Assembly (NCBI GenBank): GCA_965223335.1
Contig: OZ244991.1
Location: 1,920,001 to 1,984,000 of the forward strand
Reading direction: 5' to 3'
Origin: Thermodesulfobacteriota bacterium
GTDB taxonomy: Bacteria > Desulfobacterota_D > UBA1144 > Nemesobacterales > UBA2774
DNA: 64,000 nucleotides
The notes under the pieces are model-generated. The model saw only the letters and a list, made by a program, of their open reading frames with translations. It was not told the origin of the DNA and did no database searches. Below are positions 21,785 through 30,308 of this stretch, piece after piece. The translations under genes and the position numbers were made by a program. Positions within the stretch are counted from its first letter, which is position 1. Every line of letters begins with the position of its first letter.

Positions 21785-23088
21785 AGACAGTAGCTGTGGT
21801 CACATTGGGCTGTAAGGTAAACCAGTATGATACGGCTGTGATATTAAACCAGCTTCCCAAATCTAAGTACCGCACAGTGCCGTTTGATAGCGGTGCGGAT
21901 ATCTACGTGATTGACAGCTGTACAGTTACACACAAAGCCGACGCCGAGGCAAGGCAGTATGTAAACCGTGCGAGGAGGGCAAACCCCGACGCAGTAATTG
22001 TGCTTACTGGCTGCTATGCGCAAGTTGCCTCGGAGGAGCTCTCCGGGCTTGAGGGTGTGGACTATATAGTCGGCAACTCACACAAATTCAGCTCGCTTAT
22101 AAAGCTTGTGCGCGAGGGCACTGCTCAGGAGTCTCCGTCTGTGCATGTCTCGGACATATTTAACGAGAAGAGAAAGAGTTTTGAGACCCCTGGCATTGAT
22201 AGTTTCCCCGGGAGGACAAGGGCGTTTCTAAAGGTACAGGACGGCTGCAACTATGCCTGTACTTTCTGCATAATACCGAGAGCTCGGGGGAGATCGAGGA
22301 GTTTAGATGCCCAAGAGATAATAAATCGCATTGGGGAGCTGGCCGGTGCGGGGTTTAAAGAGGTAGTGCTGACTGGGATTCATATTGCGAGTTACGGAAC
22401 CGACATCGGCACTGATCTGCTCTCTATGCTTCGGCTATTAGATGAGCAAGATCACGACTGTAGGCTTAGGCTTACCTCGCTTGACCCAGCAGATGTTAGT
22501 AATGAACTAGTGGACTTTGTGGCGGAGTCGCGACACTTTTGTCCGCAGTTTCATGTGGCACTACAGAGCGGGGACCCCGAGGTGCTAAGAAGGATGCGCA
22601 GGAGATACACACCCGAGAGGTTCCTTGAGTTCACGGACTATATCCGCGAGCGCATGCCGCATGCGTCGATAGGCTCGGATATAATGGTCGGGTTCCCGGG
22701 CGAGACCCCTGAGCAGTTTCAAAACACCTGCCGTGTTGCAGATGAGTCGGCGCTCACATACTTTCATGTGTTTCCATACTCGAGGCGCAAGATGACACCC
22801 GCAGCCGGTATGGAAGACCAGATTGCTCCCGAGGTAATTAAAGAGAGGAGTAAGATTCTCAGAAAGCTTGGGGAGTCTAAGAAAAAAACATTCTATAAGC
22901 AATTTATAGGTAGGTCGCTCCCGATGATCATGGAGACCAGATCCCGCGGTACCACAGACAACTACATAGCAGTCAGGCTCGGCGACGGGAATGTCCCGGT
23001 CGGCACACTGGCGGATGTTAGGATTACCGGTGTAGCACAAGGTTTTGCAAAAGGGAGTATAATTGCTAATACCAATACGTCCATCTAA
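21781..23088 (+). CDS. mtaB: tRNA t6A37 methylthiotransferase
   Basis: TLGCKVNQYD, DSCTVT, TGCYAQ, RAFLKVQDGCNYACTFC and HVFPYS. 4-nt overlap with mnmA. Confidence 0.92.
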   Translation: MKTVAVVTLGCKVNQYDTAVILNQLPKSKYRTVPFDSGADIYVIDSCTVTHKADAEARQYVNRARRANPDAVIVLTGCYAQVASEELSGLEGVDYIVGNSHKFSSLIKLVREGTAQESPSVHVSDIFNEKRKSFETPGIDSFPGRTRAFLKVQDGCNYACTFCIIPRARGRSRSLDAQEIINRIGELAGAGFKEVVLTGIHIASYGTDIGTDLLSMLRLLDEQDHDCRLRLTSLDPADVSNELVDFVAESRHFCPQFHVALQSGDPEVLRRMRRRYTPERFLEFTDYIRERMPHASIGSDIMVGFPGETPEQFQNTCRVADESALTYFHVFPYSRRKMTPAAGMEDQIAPEVIKERSKILRKLGESKKKTFYKQFIGRSLPMIMETRSRGTTDNYIAVRLGDGNVPVGTLADVRITGVAQGFAKGSIIANTNTSI

Positions 23089-23106
23089 CCAGTAACCTTA
23101 TATGTC

Positions 23107-24021
23107 ATGCTCAAAAATCCAATCACCTATTTTATATTGCTCTCTTTATCTCTAGCTACATGCGGGACTGGGAATATACCCGCCGGAACAGAAAAATCGG
23201 ATATAAATTGGCACGATAACGCTAAGATGCTTAACCTTTGGGTGCTGGCCGATATACAGCCTAAGAACCGGGGCCACAGGGAGTCGTTCGAACTGGCGGT
23301 AGCAGATGTAAACGAAAACATCAAAAATATAGATTTTGCTATAGTTGCAGGCGACATAGTAAACGAGACTACCGAAGAGGTCTTTAATTGGTATGTAGAC
23401 ACACGGAATAGATCGTATATTGGGCAGTGGTATGAAATAATCGGGAACCATGATTTGAAGACTGATATGGGGAAATTGTTTAAAGAGAAGCTCAGAGAGG
23501 ATGTTAATTATTCGTTCGTGAAAGGTAATATACTGTTTATTTTTATGTCGGACAGCCAAAGGGGAAAGGCGACAGTGATTTCAGATGAGGTGTTCAAGTG
23601 GTGGAAACAACTTGTAGTAGAGAACCAAGACAAAATCATAGTGGTGACTACCCATGCCCCGCTTGAGGATAGTGGGATCCCGTTCTCTAGGTACGACACC
23701 CGACAGGTTACCGACTCTAAGCGCTTTACAGACGTGCTTGAGGAATATAGAGTGGACCTCTGGTTCTCGGGCCACCTTCACCTGCCGCACTCATTCGGCA
23801 ACACCATAGTAAAACGTGAGCACTACAATGACGTTGTGTTTGTTCATGTATCGTCGATTCGCCAGGAGATCATAGGACTTAAGGACTCGGAATCACGTGT
23901 TGTGACGTTCGTGTGCGGTTCGGATAAGGCACGGATCAGGTCGCGTAACCATGATCGTAGTGGATATGTTGAGACTCTGGAGAGAGTAGTGACCTTGTCA
24001 AAAGAGTACAAATGTGAGTGA
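23107..24021 (+). CDS. Lipoprotein metallophosphoesterase
   Basis: Lipobox-like LSLATC and motifs ADIQ, AGDIV, GNHD, THAP and GHLH. Confidence 0.82.
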   Translation: MLKNPITYFILLSLSLATCGTGNIPAGTEKSDINWHDNAKMLNLWVLADIQPKNRGHRESFELAVADVNENIKNIDFAIVAGDIVNETTEEVFNWYVDTRNRSYIGQWYEIIGNHDLKTDMGKLFKEKLREDVNYSFVKGNILFIFMSDSQRGKATVISDEVFKWWKQLVVENQDKIIVVTTHAPLEDSGIPFSRYDTRQVTDSKRFTDVLEEYRVDLWFSGHLHLPHSFGNTIVKREHYNDVVFVHVSSIRQEIIGLKDSESRVVTFVCGSDKARIRSRNHDRSGYVETLERVVTLSKEYKCE

Positions 24022-24159
24022 TAAGAGCGGGTTTTAATGCCGCCACTGCCGTACCCTAGTTGAATCTTTAATACCGTTAATATCATCAATCTTAATAAGA
24101 CTTATAGTAAGTTATGTGTAAATATCCAATATCATTTAGCTGAGTGATGCAATAAGTCT

Positions 24160-24831
24160 ATGGATACTGGATACCTAAGAAACATATTAAAAGCGGTTCT
24201 AAGCTCGGGCAGCGAGTACTCTCAAGCGCTAAGTGTTATGACGGACGAGGAGTTGGTCCGGGAATATACTGAGAGCCGCAATGAAGCTGCATTCGAAGAG
24301 ATTATGAACAGGTATATGGATAAGGTGTATGGCTTTTCGTTTAGGTTTACTAAAAACCCGGATGATGCCGAGGAGGTTTTCCAAGAGGTGTTTCTTACTC
24401 TGGCTCGAAAGATTGATACCTTTAGGGGTGATGCAAAATTCTCGAGCTGGCTCTATAGGGTAACAATGAACGTTGCATTTATGTTCCTTAGATCAAAGAA
24501 GAAGAGCAGGAATGAAATAAGCCTGGACAACTATGCTCCCTACGATGAAAAGGGGACGTTGATGGGCAAGGTTATGGATAAGGATTGGAGCAGGCGTCCC
24601 GATATAGCTATATTTAGCAAAGAAGCGATGGAGATTATAGAGCGTGCCGTGGACGAGCTGCCGGAGTCTTATCGCATAGTATTTCATCTAAGAGATGTAG
24701 AGGGTTTAAATAATAGTGAGGTTTCGGATATTTTGGAAATATCGGTTCCGGCTGTAAAATCGAGATTGCATAGAGCCAGACTTTACTTGCGCGATAAGCT
24801 CTCGGATTATTTCTATGAATGGAGAAAGTGA
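24160..24831 (+). CDS. ECF RNA polymerase sigma factor
   Basis: Region 2 (DAEEVFQEVFL, FSSWLYRV) and region 4 (LPESYR, EGLNNSEVS, VKSRLHRAR). Confidence 0.93.
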   Translation: MDTGYLRNILKAVLSSGSEYSQALSVMTDEELVREYTESRNEAAFEEIMNRYMDKVYGFSFRFTKNPDDAEEVFQEVFLTLARKIDTFRGDAKFSSWLYRVTMNVAFMFLRSKKKSRNEISLDNYAPYDEKGTLMGKVMDKDWSRRPDIAIFSKEAMEIIERAVDELPESYRIVFHLRDVEGLNNSEVSDILEISVPAVKSRLHRARLYLRDKLSDYFYEWRK

Positions 24832-25076
24832 CAGATATGTTCATGTGTAAAGATGTAGTAGAAAATATAATGGACTACGTGGATCAAGAGCTCGATTACG
24901 AGACCCTGGTTGCATTGGAAAAGCATGCAGACGAGTGTCCGGAGTGTATGGCGTTTGTAAAAACGTATAAAAGGATGCTTGAACTGACAGGTAAATTGAA
25001 ACAAAAGAGTTTTGTGACACACGATGTAAGAGAGAGATTGAAACTCCTTCTTAAGTCGAAGATTAAACCCTCGTGA
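24819..25076 (+). CDS. Zinc-finger (zf-HC2/ZAS) anti-sigma factor, soluble
   Basis: HADECPEC (HxxxCxxC) plus an upstream Cys (MCKD). Overlaps the ECF stop. The exact start (24819, 24828 or 24837) is uncertain. Confidence 0.85.
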   Translation: MEKVTDMFMCKDVVENIMDYVDQELDYETLVALEKHADECPECMAFVKTYKRMLELTGKLKQKSFVTHDVRERLKLLLKSKIKPS

Positions 25077-25099
25077 TATTCAGATAGCTCCACTACCTG

Positions 25100-25789
25100 C
25101 TACCTGATGTCTTCGTACTGTCTTCCAAGAGAGTTTATTGGGACCCCTAGATGGTACAAAAGCCTTAATTTCCACATGATATAGATAGTAGGAATCAAGC
25201 CTTTGGCCTCGAACCTTCTTGTGCTTGTAAGCAGACTCGAATTTATCCTGGTTCCGGGAGCTAGGGATTTTAGTGACTTTACAAACTCGATATCTTCCAT
25301 AAACGGTATCGGGGGAAAGCCCTTGATTTGTTCGAAGAGCTCTCGCTTTACATAGATGCCGTGATCTCCGAGTGGGCTTGAGCTAACCGTAGTCCGCAAA
25401 TTGGATAGAGTCTCTAATAGTTTGTAAGCTATTTTGGGCGAGTCTAGTTCTATGGGGAACCATCCCCAATAGGGACGGCACTCTAACAATACTGATCTAA
25501 GTGATTTATAGTTTTGTTTTGACATAAGATTGTCTGCGTGTAAAAAGAGCAGGTACTCGGAGTTTGAACTTGCTAGTGCTGCACCTTGGTTCATCTGCAC
25601 CGCCCTGCCTTTAGTAGTTTCAACCAGTCTCACATAGCTGTAGCTTCTTACTATATCTCTTGTGTCGTCGGTGCTCATACCGTCGGCTACTATAATTTCG
25701 TCGCCGGGATTGAGAACATCTACGAGGTTTGCGAGGGAGTGCCCGATGACCTTGGACTCGTTGTGTGTGGGAATGATTATAGCGATCAT
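25100..25789 (-). CDS. Family 2 glycosyltransferase (TIGR04283-like)
   Basis: IIIPTHNE, DGMSTD, GRAVQMNQGA, LLFLHAD, GDHGIYV, FMEDIEF and TSTRR. Confidence 0.85.
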   Translation of the reverse strand: MIAIIIPTHNESKVIGHSLANLVDVLNPGDEIIVADGMSTDDTRDIVRSYSYVRLVETTKGRAVQMNQGAALASSNSEYLLFLHADNLMSKQNYKSLRSVLLECRPYWGWFPIELDSPKIAYKLLETLSNLRTTVSSSPLGDHGIYVKRELFEQIKGFPPIPFMEDIEFVKSLKSLAPGTRINSSLLTSTRRFEAKGLIPTIYIMWKLRLLYHLGVPINSLGRQYEDIR

Positions 25790-25923
25790 ATCGTGTGGTG
25801 TTCAACAACCGAGTGTGTTCTAAATATCGTATTGTTATACTGTAATTTAATAAAGCGGTTTCGATTTTTAAAGTTTTTTATTATAATAGGTGGTGGTATT
25901 ACGAACTATATGTCTGTGGTGGG

Positions 25924-27261
25924 GTGCAAATGACTGAGCGTAAGCGGGGGCTTACAGACGAGCCTGAACTAAAAAGGCTTTACACCAATTTTGAATCTGA
26001 TCTCGTCCGTTTAATAAACACTAACAACCTAATAGCGCAGTCAAAGCAGATGATCGACGATCAAAGCGAGTACATGCGTACGACTACAAAAGAGATCTAT
26101 AATAAGCTCAACTCTTTTGCAGTGAAACTGGTGGATATTGAAGATAAATTATCTCAGTTCTCTAGGACTATTAACGACCGTGCGGTAGGGGAGAGCAATA
26201 TACAGTCGATATCAGAACAAATCGATAGCAGTATGGACGAGGTAAAAAGTATCCTTGTAGACTTTCAGGAGTATGCGAGGGAGATAAACGACAGTATCTA
26301 CGAAAGCAGTAAAAAGGAGTTGAGCAAACTGGATGCGCTCCACACGGTTTATGAGCTTGAGCTTAAATCTGCTCAGCAAATAATTGAAAGTAGGTTGCGT
26401 GGACTAGAAGAAAATATTGTTGAGGGTACTGGGAACGAGCACGCCACTACTGCACAACCCGAAGACACAAATAGTAGTTATGATCCCCCGAAGGAAACGA
26501 ATACAGTCGCAAGTGAATTGCCCAAAGCACGCAGTGATTCAAACGCAACAGGGATAAGTGCAATATCAGTAGCCAGTGCATTAATCTTTTTAGTGTTGGG
26601 ATTGATCATCGGGGCGTCATATGTGTACTTAAAAGATAATTTCGAGGGGAAATTTACAGGTGCTCCCGGTGTTGGTACTGAACTGTCACAAGCACCTGCC
26701 GACAGAATTACAGATGATGAAATAAGCGAGTTTTCAGAGCTGAATAAGCCTGATCGGTATGCGGCCGTTGTTGATACTGAGACCCGTGGAGATGATGCGC
26801 TTGGTGATGGGGTCGAATCTGTGGCGGTTGGTGAATCGACTGAGTTACGGAGTCCGGGGCTAGCTGAGGGGGGCTCTGTGCCGGACACTGACAGTGGGTC
26901 AGGGATTGCAGCTCGGGAGTCTGAATCAGAACCTGCGGTAGAACAGAATGCTGTTACCACTGAAACCAGCCCACAATCGGAAGATTACATAGCTGGAAAC
27001 ATGGGGCAAACAGAACAGAGCCCGGATGAATCATCCGCCACCATTGATGTGGATTTAACACAAGAGCAGTTGTACACATCGCGTGTGTCGGGTGCCAATA
27101 TTCGAAGCGGGCCCGGGACGAACCATGATATTGTAACAGTGGTTCGCAGTGGTGATAAAATACGAGACTTAGGTGAGCGAAGCGGCAGGTGGATGAAAAT
27201 AGAAACCGAGGACGGTAAGGTGGGCTGGGTCTCGAGCAGGATTATTAAAGAATATAGATGA
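25924..27261 (+). CDS. Bitopic membrane protein: coiled coil, TM, acidic linker, C-terminal SH3b
   Basis: Heptad-rich N-terminus, one TM (ALIFLVLGLIIGASYV) and a bacterial SH3 signature (ANIRSGPGT...WMKI...GWVS). Confidence 0.8.
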   Translation: MQMTERKRGLTDEPELKRLYTNFESDLVRLINTNNLIAQSKQMIDDQSEYMRTTTKEIYNKLNSFAVKLVDIEDKLSQFSRTINDRAVGESNIQSISEQIDSSMDEVKSILVDFQEYAREINDSIYESSKKELSKLDALHTVYELELKSAQQIIESRLRGLEENIVEGTGNEHATTAQPEDTNSSYDPPKETNTVASELPKARSDSNATGISAISVASALIFLVLGLIIGASYVYLKDNFEGKFTGAPGVGTELSQAPADRITDDEISEFSELNKPDRYAAVVDTETRGDDALGDGVESVAVGESTELRSPGLAEGGSVPDTDSGSGIAARESESEPAVEQNAVTTETSPQSEDYIAGNMGQTEQSPDESSATIDVDLTQEQLYTSRVSGANIRSGPGTNHDIVTVVRSGDKIRDLGERSGRWMKIETEDGKVGWVSSRIIKEYR

Positions 27262-27295
27262 GAAATAGGTTTGCTTTTTGCTTTGACTACTGCGG

Positions 27296-27934
27296 TTAGT
27301 TAACCGGGTTTGTGATCGGCGCCCCTGAAGTCGTACCCTCTATTTCCTCGTAGATCTCCTGGGCTTTTTGGGCATTGCCCAGTTTTTCGTATGCAAGACC
27401 CATATGGAGTTTGGCTTCCTGCTCGTAGGGGCTGCCCGGGCCTATTTGGTTTAAGTAGTCGATCGACTGTTGCCAGTTCTCGAGGCTAAAGCTTGCAAGT
27501 CCCTGAGTGAGCAGGGCTGATTCCTCGAGCGTTTTATCGTTGTCGCCCCTTTTTATGAATTTGTCCAGAGTCGCAATAGCGTCTTGGTATTTGCCCGTTT
27601 GATAATAAATACGGGCTGCATAGTACTGGGATACACCAGCTAGGTTGCTCCCGGAGTGTTTCTCTGCAACACTGAGGAATTCCTGGAGTGCCTCGTCATT
27701 ATTGCCTGTCTTGTACAGTTCATAGGCGCTGTCGAAATCGGTACTTGCCACTATTTTGTTTTTGTCTTCAAATGTTGAGAACACATATATTAATATCAGC
27801 GCAACTATAACAACCACAAGCGCAGCCACTAGCTTTGTGGAGTGAGACGATGTGTAATCTATAGCTTTTCCTACGGATTCAGCGAATTTATCGGGTTGTT
27901 TGAGGTCTTTTGGTGTGTACTTAATCTTTGCCAT
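27296..27934 (-). CDS. Membrane-anchored TPR protein (YfgM-like)
   Basis: Start MAKIKYTPKDLKQPDKF, then a TM helix and several TPRs. Start reassigned to ATG 27934. Confidence 0.8.
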   Translation of the reverse strand: MAKIKYTPKDLKQPDKFAESVGKAIDYTSSHSTKLVAALVVVIVALILIYVFSTFEDKNKIVASTDFDSAYELYKTGNNDEALQEFLSVAEKHSGSNLAGVSQYYAARIYYQTGKYQDAIATLDKFIKRGDNDKTLEESALLTQGLASFSLENWQQSIDYLNQIGPGSPYEQEAKLHMGLAYEKLGNAQKAQEIYEEIEGTTSGAPITNPVN

Positions 27935-27941
27935 CCGCAAA

Positions 27942-27969
27942 ATTATATACATAGGCACGGGAATTACAA
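27942..27969 (-). promoter_or_regulatory. Putative sigma70 promoter, likely leaderless transcript
   Basis: Minus strand reads TTGTAA-16nt-TATAAT-7nt-ATG. Confidence 0.55.
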
Positions 27970-28023
27970 GATATTCGCATTCGTATGAGGGCGGGGATAA
28001 AAAACTAGATTATCAATCATTGC

Positions 28024-28052
28024 TTGCGGATTGACCTAGGGATGGCTAAAAT
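28024..28052 (+). promoter_or_regulatory. Putative sigma70 promoter for nfeD operon
   Basis: TTGCGG-17nt-TAAAAT. Confidence 0.45.
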
Positions 28053-28069
28053 AATTTTAGGTTCATCTT

Positions 28070-29512
28070 ATGATTAAAAGGTGTACGTTTCTATCATTCC
28101 TTGTCGCTTGCTTACTGATACTATTATACTTTGTACCGACCCCGTATTTACAGGCCGAACAGAAAGATGGCGCCGCTAAAGAGGTAAGCCCCGCATCCGA
28201 ATCTGTGGAGCAGAGTGCCGAGGGCCTGTCTAACATTGTTTTGATAGAGATTAACGGCTCTATTAACCCTGCCACGCTGGACTATATAAACACCGGTGTT
28301 GAGAATGCAAAAGTGACAGGGGCCGAGGCACTGATAATTATGCTCGATACCCCAGGCGGGCTGCTCTCATCAACCAAAGAAATAGTTAAGACCATACTAA
28401 ATGCGCCAGTGCCCGTAATAGTGTATGTGGCACCCGGCGGTGCTAGTGCTACATCCGCAGGTGTGTTCATAACACTATCGGCTAATATTGCAGCCATGGC
28501 GCCCGGAACGAGTATTGGTGCAGCGCACCCTGTGTCGCTTAGCCCGAGGGGCCAGGAGAAAGAGGATGATAAGAGCAAAGAGGGAGAAAAGAAGAAGGGG
28601 GAGCCTACGAAAGAGCAGAAGGACGTAATGAACGAGAAGATATTGAACTATGCCTCGTCGTTTATAGAGAGCATTGCGGAGAGAAGGGGCCGCAACGTCG
28701 AGTGGGCAATAGACGCAGTCAGGAATAGCGCATCAATTACCTCTACCGAGGCCCTAGAGCTCAAGGTCGTGGACCTGATATCGCCTAACTTAAACAAATT
28801 AACCGAGGATATTGACGGCTGGGAGGTGGAGCTCCCACAGGGTAAAACCAAGCTAAAGACCAAGGGCGCGGGTTTCACAAAGATCGGTATGAACGCTAAG
28901 CAAAGGGTGATCGACATACTGAGCACTCCGGACATCGCATTCCTATTACTATCGTTGGGCTCGTTGGGGTTACTGCTCGAGTTCTATAACCCGGGTCTCA
29001 TATTTCCAGGTGTGGCCGGGGTCGTGTGTCTGTTGATGGGGTTTGTATCGTTTCAGATTCTGCCGTTTAACTATGCGGGGTTGGTGCTGTTAGTGTTGGG
29101 GATTGCACTATTTGTGGCAGAGATGTATGTGACTAGCTTCGGGCTACTTACCGCAGGGGGTATTATAAGCTTTGGACTGGGGGCATTGCTCTTGTTTGAC
29201 ACGCCCGAGTCTGATGTAAGGGTAGGGTTTGATGTAGTGATTGCCACAACTGCTGTGGTGGGGCTATTTTTCGTATACGTGGTGTACAGCTTGGTTAGGG
29301 CTCAGAAGCTGCCGACAATGACGGGGTTCGAGGGTCTATTGGGTGAGCATGGCACTGCGGTATCGGATATATTTGAGTCGGGCAAAATATATATAAACGG
29401 TGAGTACTGGGAGGCACACAGTGATGAGAGGATAAGTAAAGGGGACAAGGTAGAGGTAGTGGAATCCGAGAGTAATCTGGTGCTTAAGGTTAAGAAAATA
29501 AATTCTACATAA
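28070..29512 (+). CDS. nfeD: NfeD family membrane-bound serine protease (long form)
   Basis: LDTPGG, ATSAG and MAPGTSIGAAHPV (ClpP-like domain), a TM block, and a C-terminal OB domain (GEYWEA). Confidence 0.92.
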   Translation: MIKRCTFLSFLVACLLILLYFVPTPYLQAEQKDGAAKEVSPASESVEQSAEGLSNIVLIEINGSINPATLDYINTGVENAKVTGAEALIIMLDTPGGLLSSTKEIVKTILNAPVPVIVYVAPGGASATSAGVFITLSANIAAMAPGTSIGAAHPVSLSPRGQEKEDDKSKEGEKKKGEPTKEQKDVMNEKILNYASSFIESIAERRGRNVEWAIDAVRNSASITSTEALELKVVDLISPNLNKLTEDIDGWEVELPQGKTKLKTKGAGFTKIGMNAKQRVIDILSTPDIAFLLLSLGSLGLLLEFYNPGLIFPGVAGVVCLLMGFVSFQILPFNYAGLVLLVLGIALFVAEMYVTSFGLLTAGGIISFGLGALLLFDTPESDVRVGFDVVIATTAVVGLFFVYVVYSLVRAQKLPTMTGFEGLLGEHGTAVSDIFESGKIYINGEYWEAHSDERISKGDKVEVVESESNLVLKVKKINST

Positions 29513-29527
29513 AGGGGGTTCATCAAG

Positions 29528-30283
29528 ATGTCTACACCTGTAATAGTAGCAGTCGCAATAGTAGTTCTATTATTCCTATCTGGGGTAAAGATCCTAAACG
29601 AGTACGAGAGAGGAGTTGTTTTTCGGCTGGGTAGGATCGTTGACCCTAAAGGGCCTGGGTTCAAATGGATTATCCCCATGGTGGATAAGATGATTAAGGT
29701 GAGCCTAAGGCTTATTACAATGGATGTGCCTCCCCAGGATGTTATCACCAGGGATAACGTGTCGGTTAAGGTGAATGCTGTTGTGTACTTTAGGGTTGTG
29801 GAGCCGGTGAAAGCGGTGATCCAAGTGGAGAACTACCTATATGCGACCTCGCAGTTGGCTCAGACCACACTGAGAAGCATACTCGGGCAGGTGGAGCTCG
29901 ATGAACTCTTGGCAGAGCGAGAGAAACTTAATGTGAAGCTCCAGGAGGTGTTGGACAAGCAGACCGATGCATGGGGAATCAAGGTTACATTGGTGGAGCT
30001 AAAATATGTGGACCTTCCCGAGGATATGAAGCAGGTCATGGCGCGCCAGGCCGAGGCCGAGAGAGACCGGAGGGCTAAGGTCATAAACGCTGAGGGAGAG
30101 TTCCAGGCTGCCACAAAGTTAACAGAGGCCTCTGATATTCTTGCTTCAAACCCAATGGCTCTGCAACTTAGGTTCTTGCAAACTCTGACTGAGATGTCTA
30201 ACAACAAGAGTTCAACTATCGTGTTTCCATTGCCGCTTGAGCTCCTAAAACCGTTTATTGAGGGCGGCTCGAAGAACACTTAA
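29528..30283 (+). CDS. SPFH/stomatin-like (slipin) protein
   Basis: [24 protein letters not shown] and [10 protein letters not shown]. This is the canonical partner of nfeD. Confidence 0.94.
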   Translation: MSTPVIVAVAIVVLLFLSGVKILNEYERGVVFRLGRIVDPKGPGFKWIIPMVDKMIKVSLRLITMDVPPQDVITRDNVSVKVNAVVYFRVVEPVKAVIQVENYLYATSQLAQTTLRSILGQVELDELLAEREKLNVKLQEVLDKQTDAWGIKVTLVELKYVDLPEDMKQVMARQAEAERDRRAKVINAEGEFQAATKLTEASDILASNPMALQLRFLQTLTEMSNNKSSTIVFPLPLELLKPFIEGGSKNT

Positions 30284-30308
30284 ATTAATCAACTTGGAGA
30301 TAAGAGCA

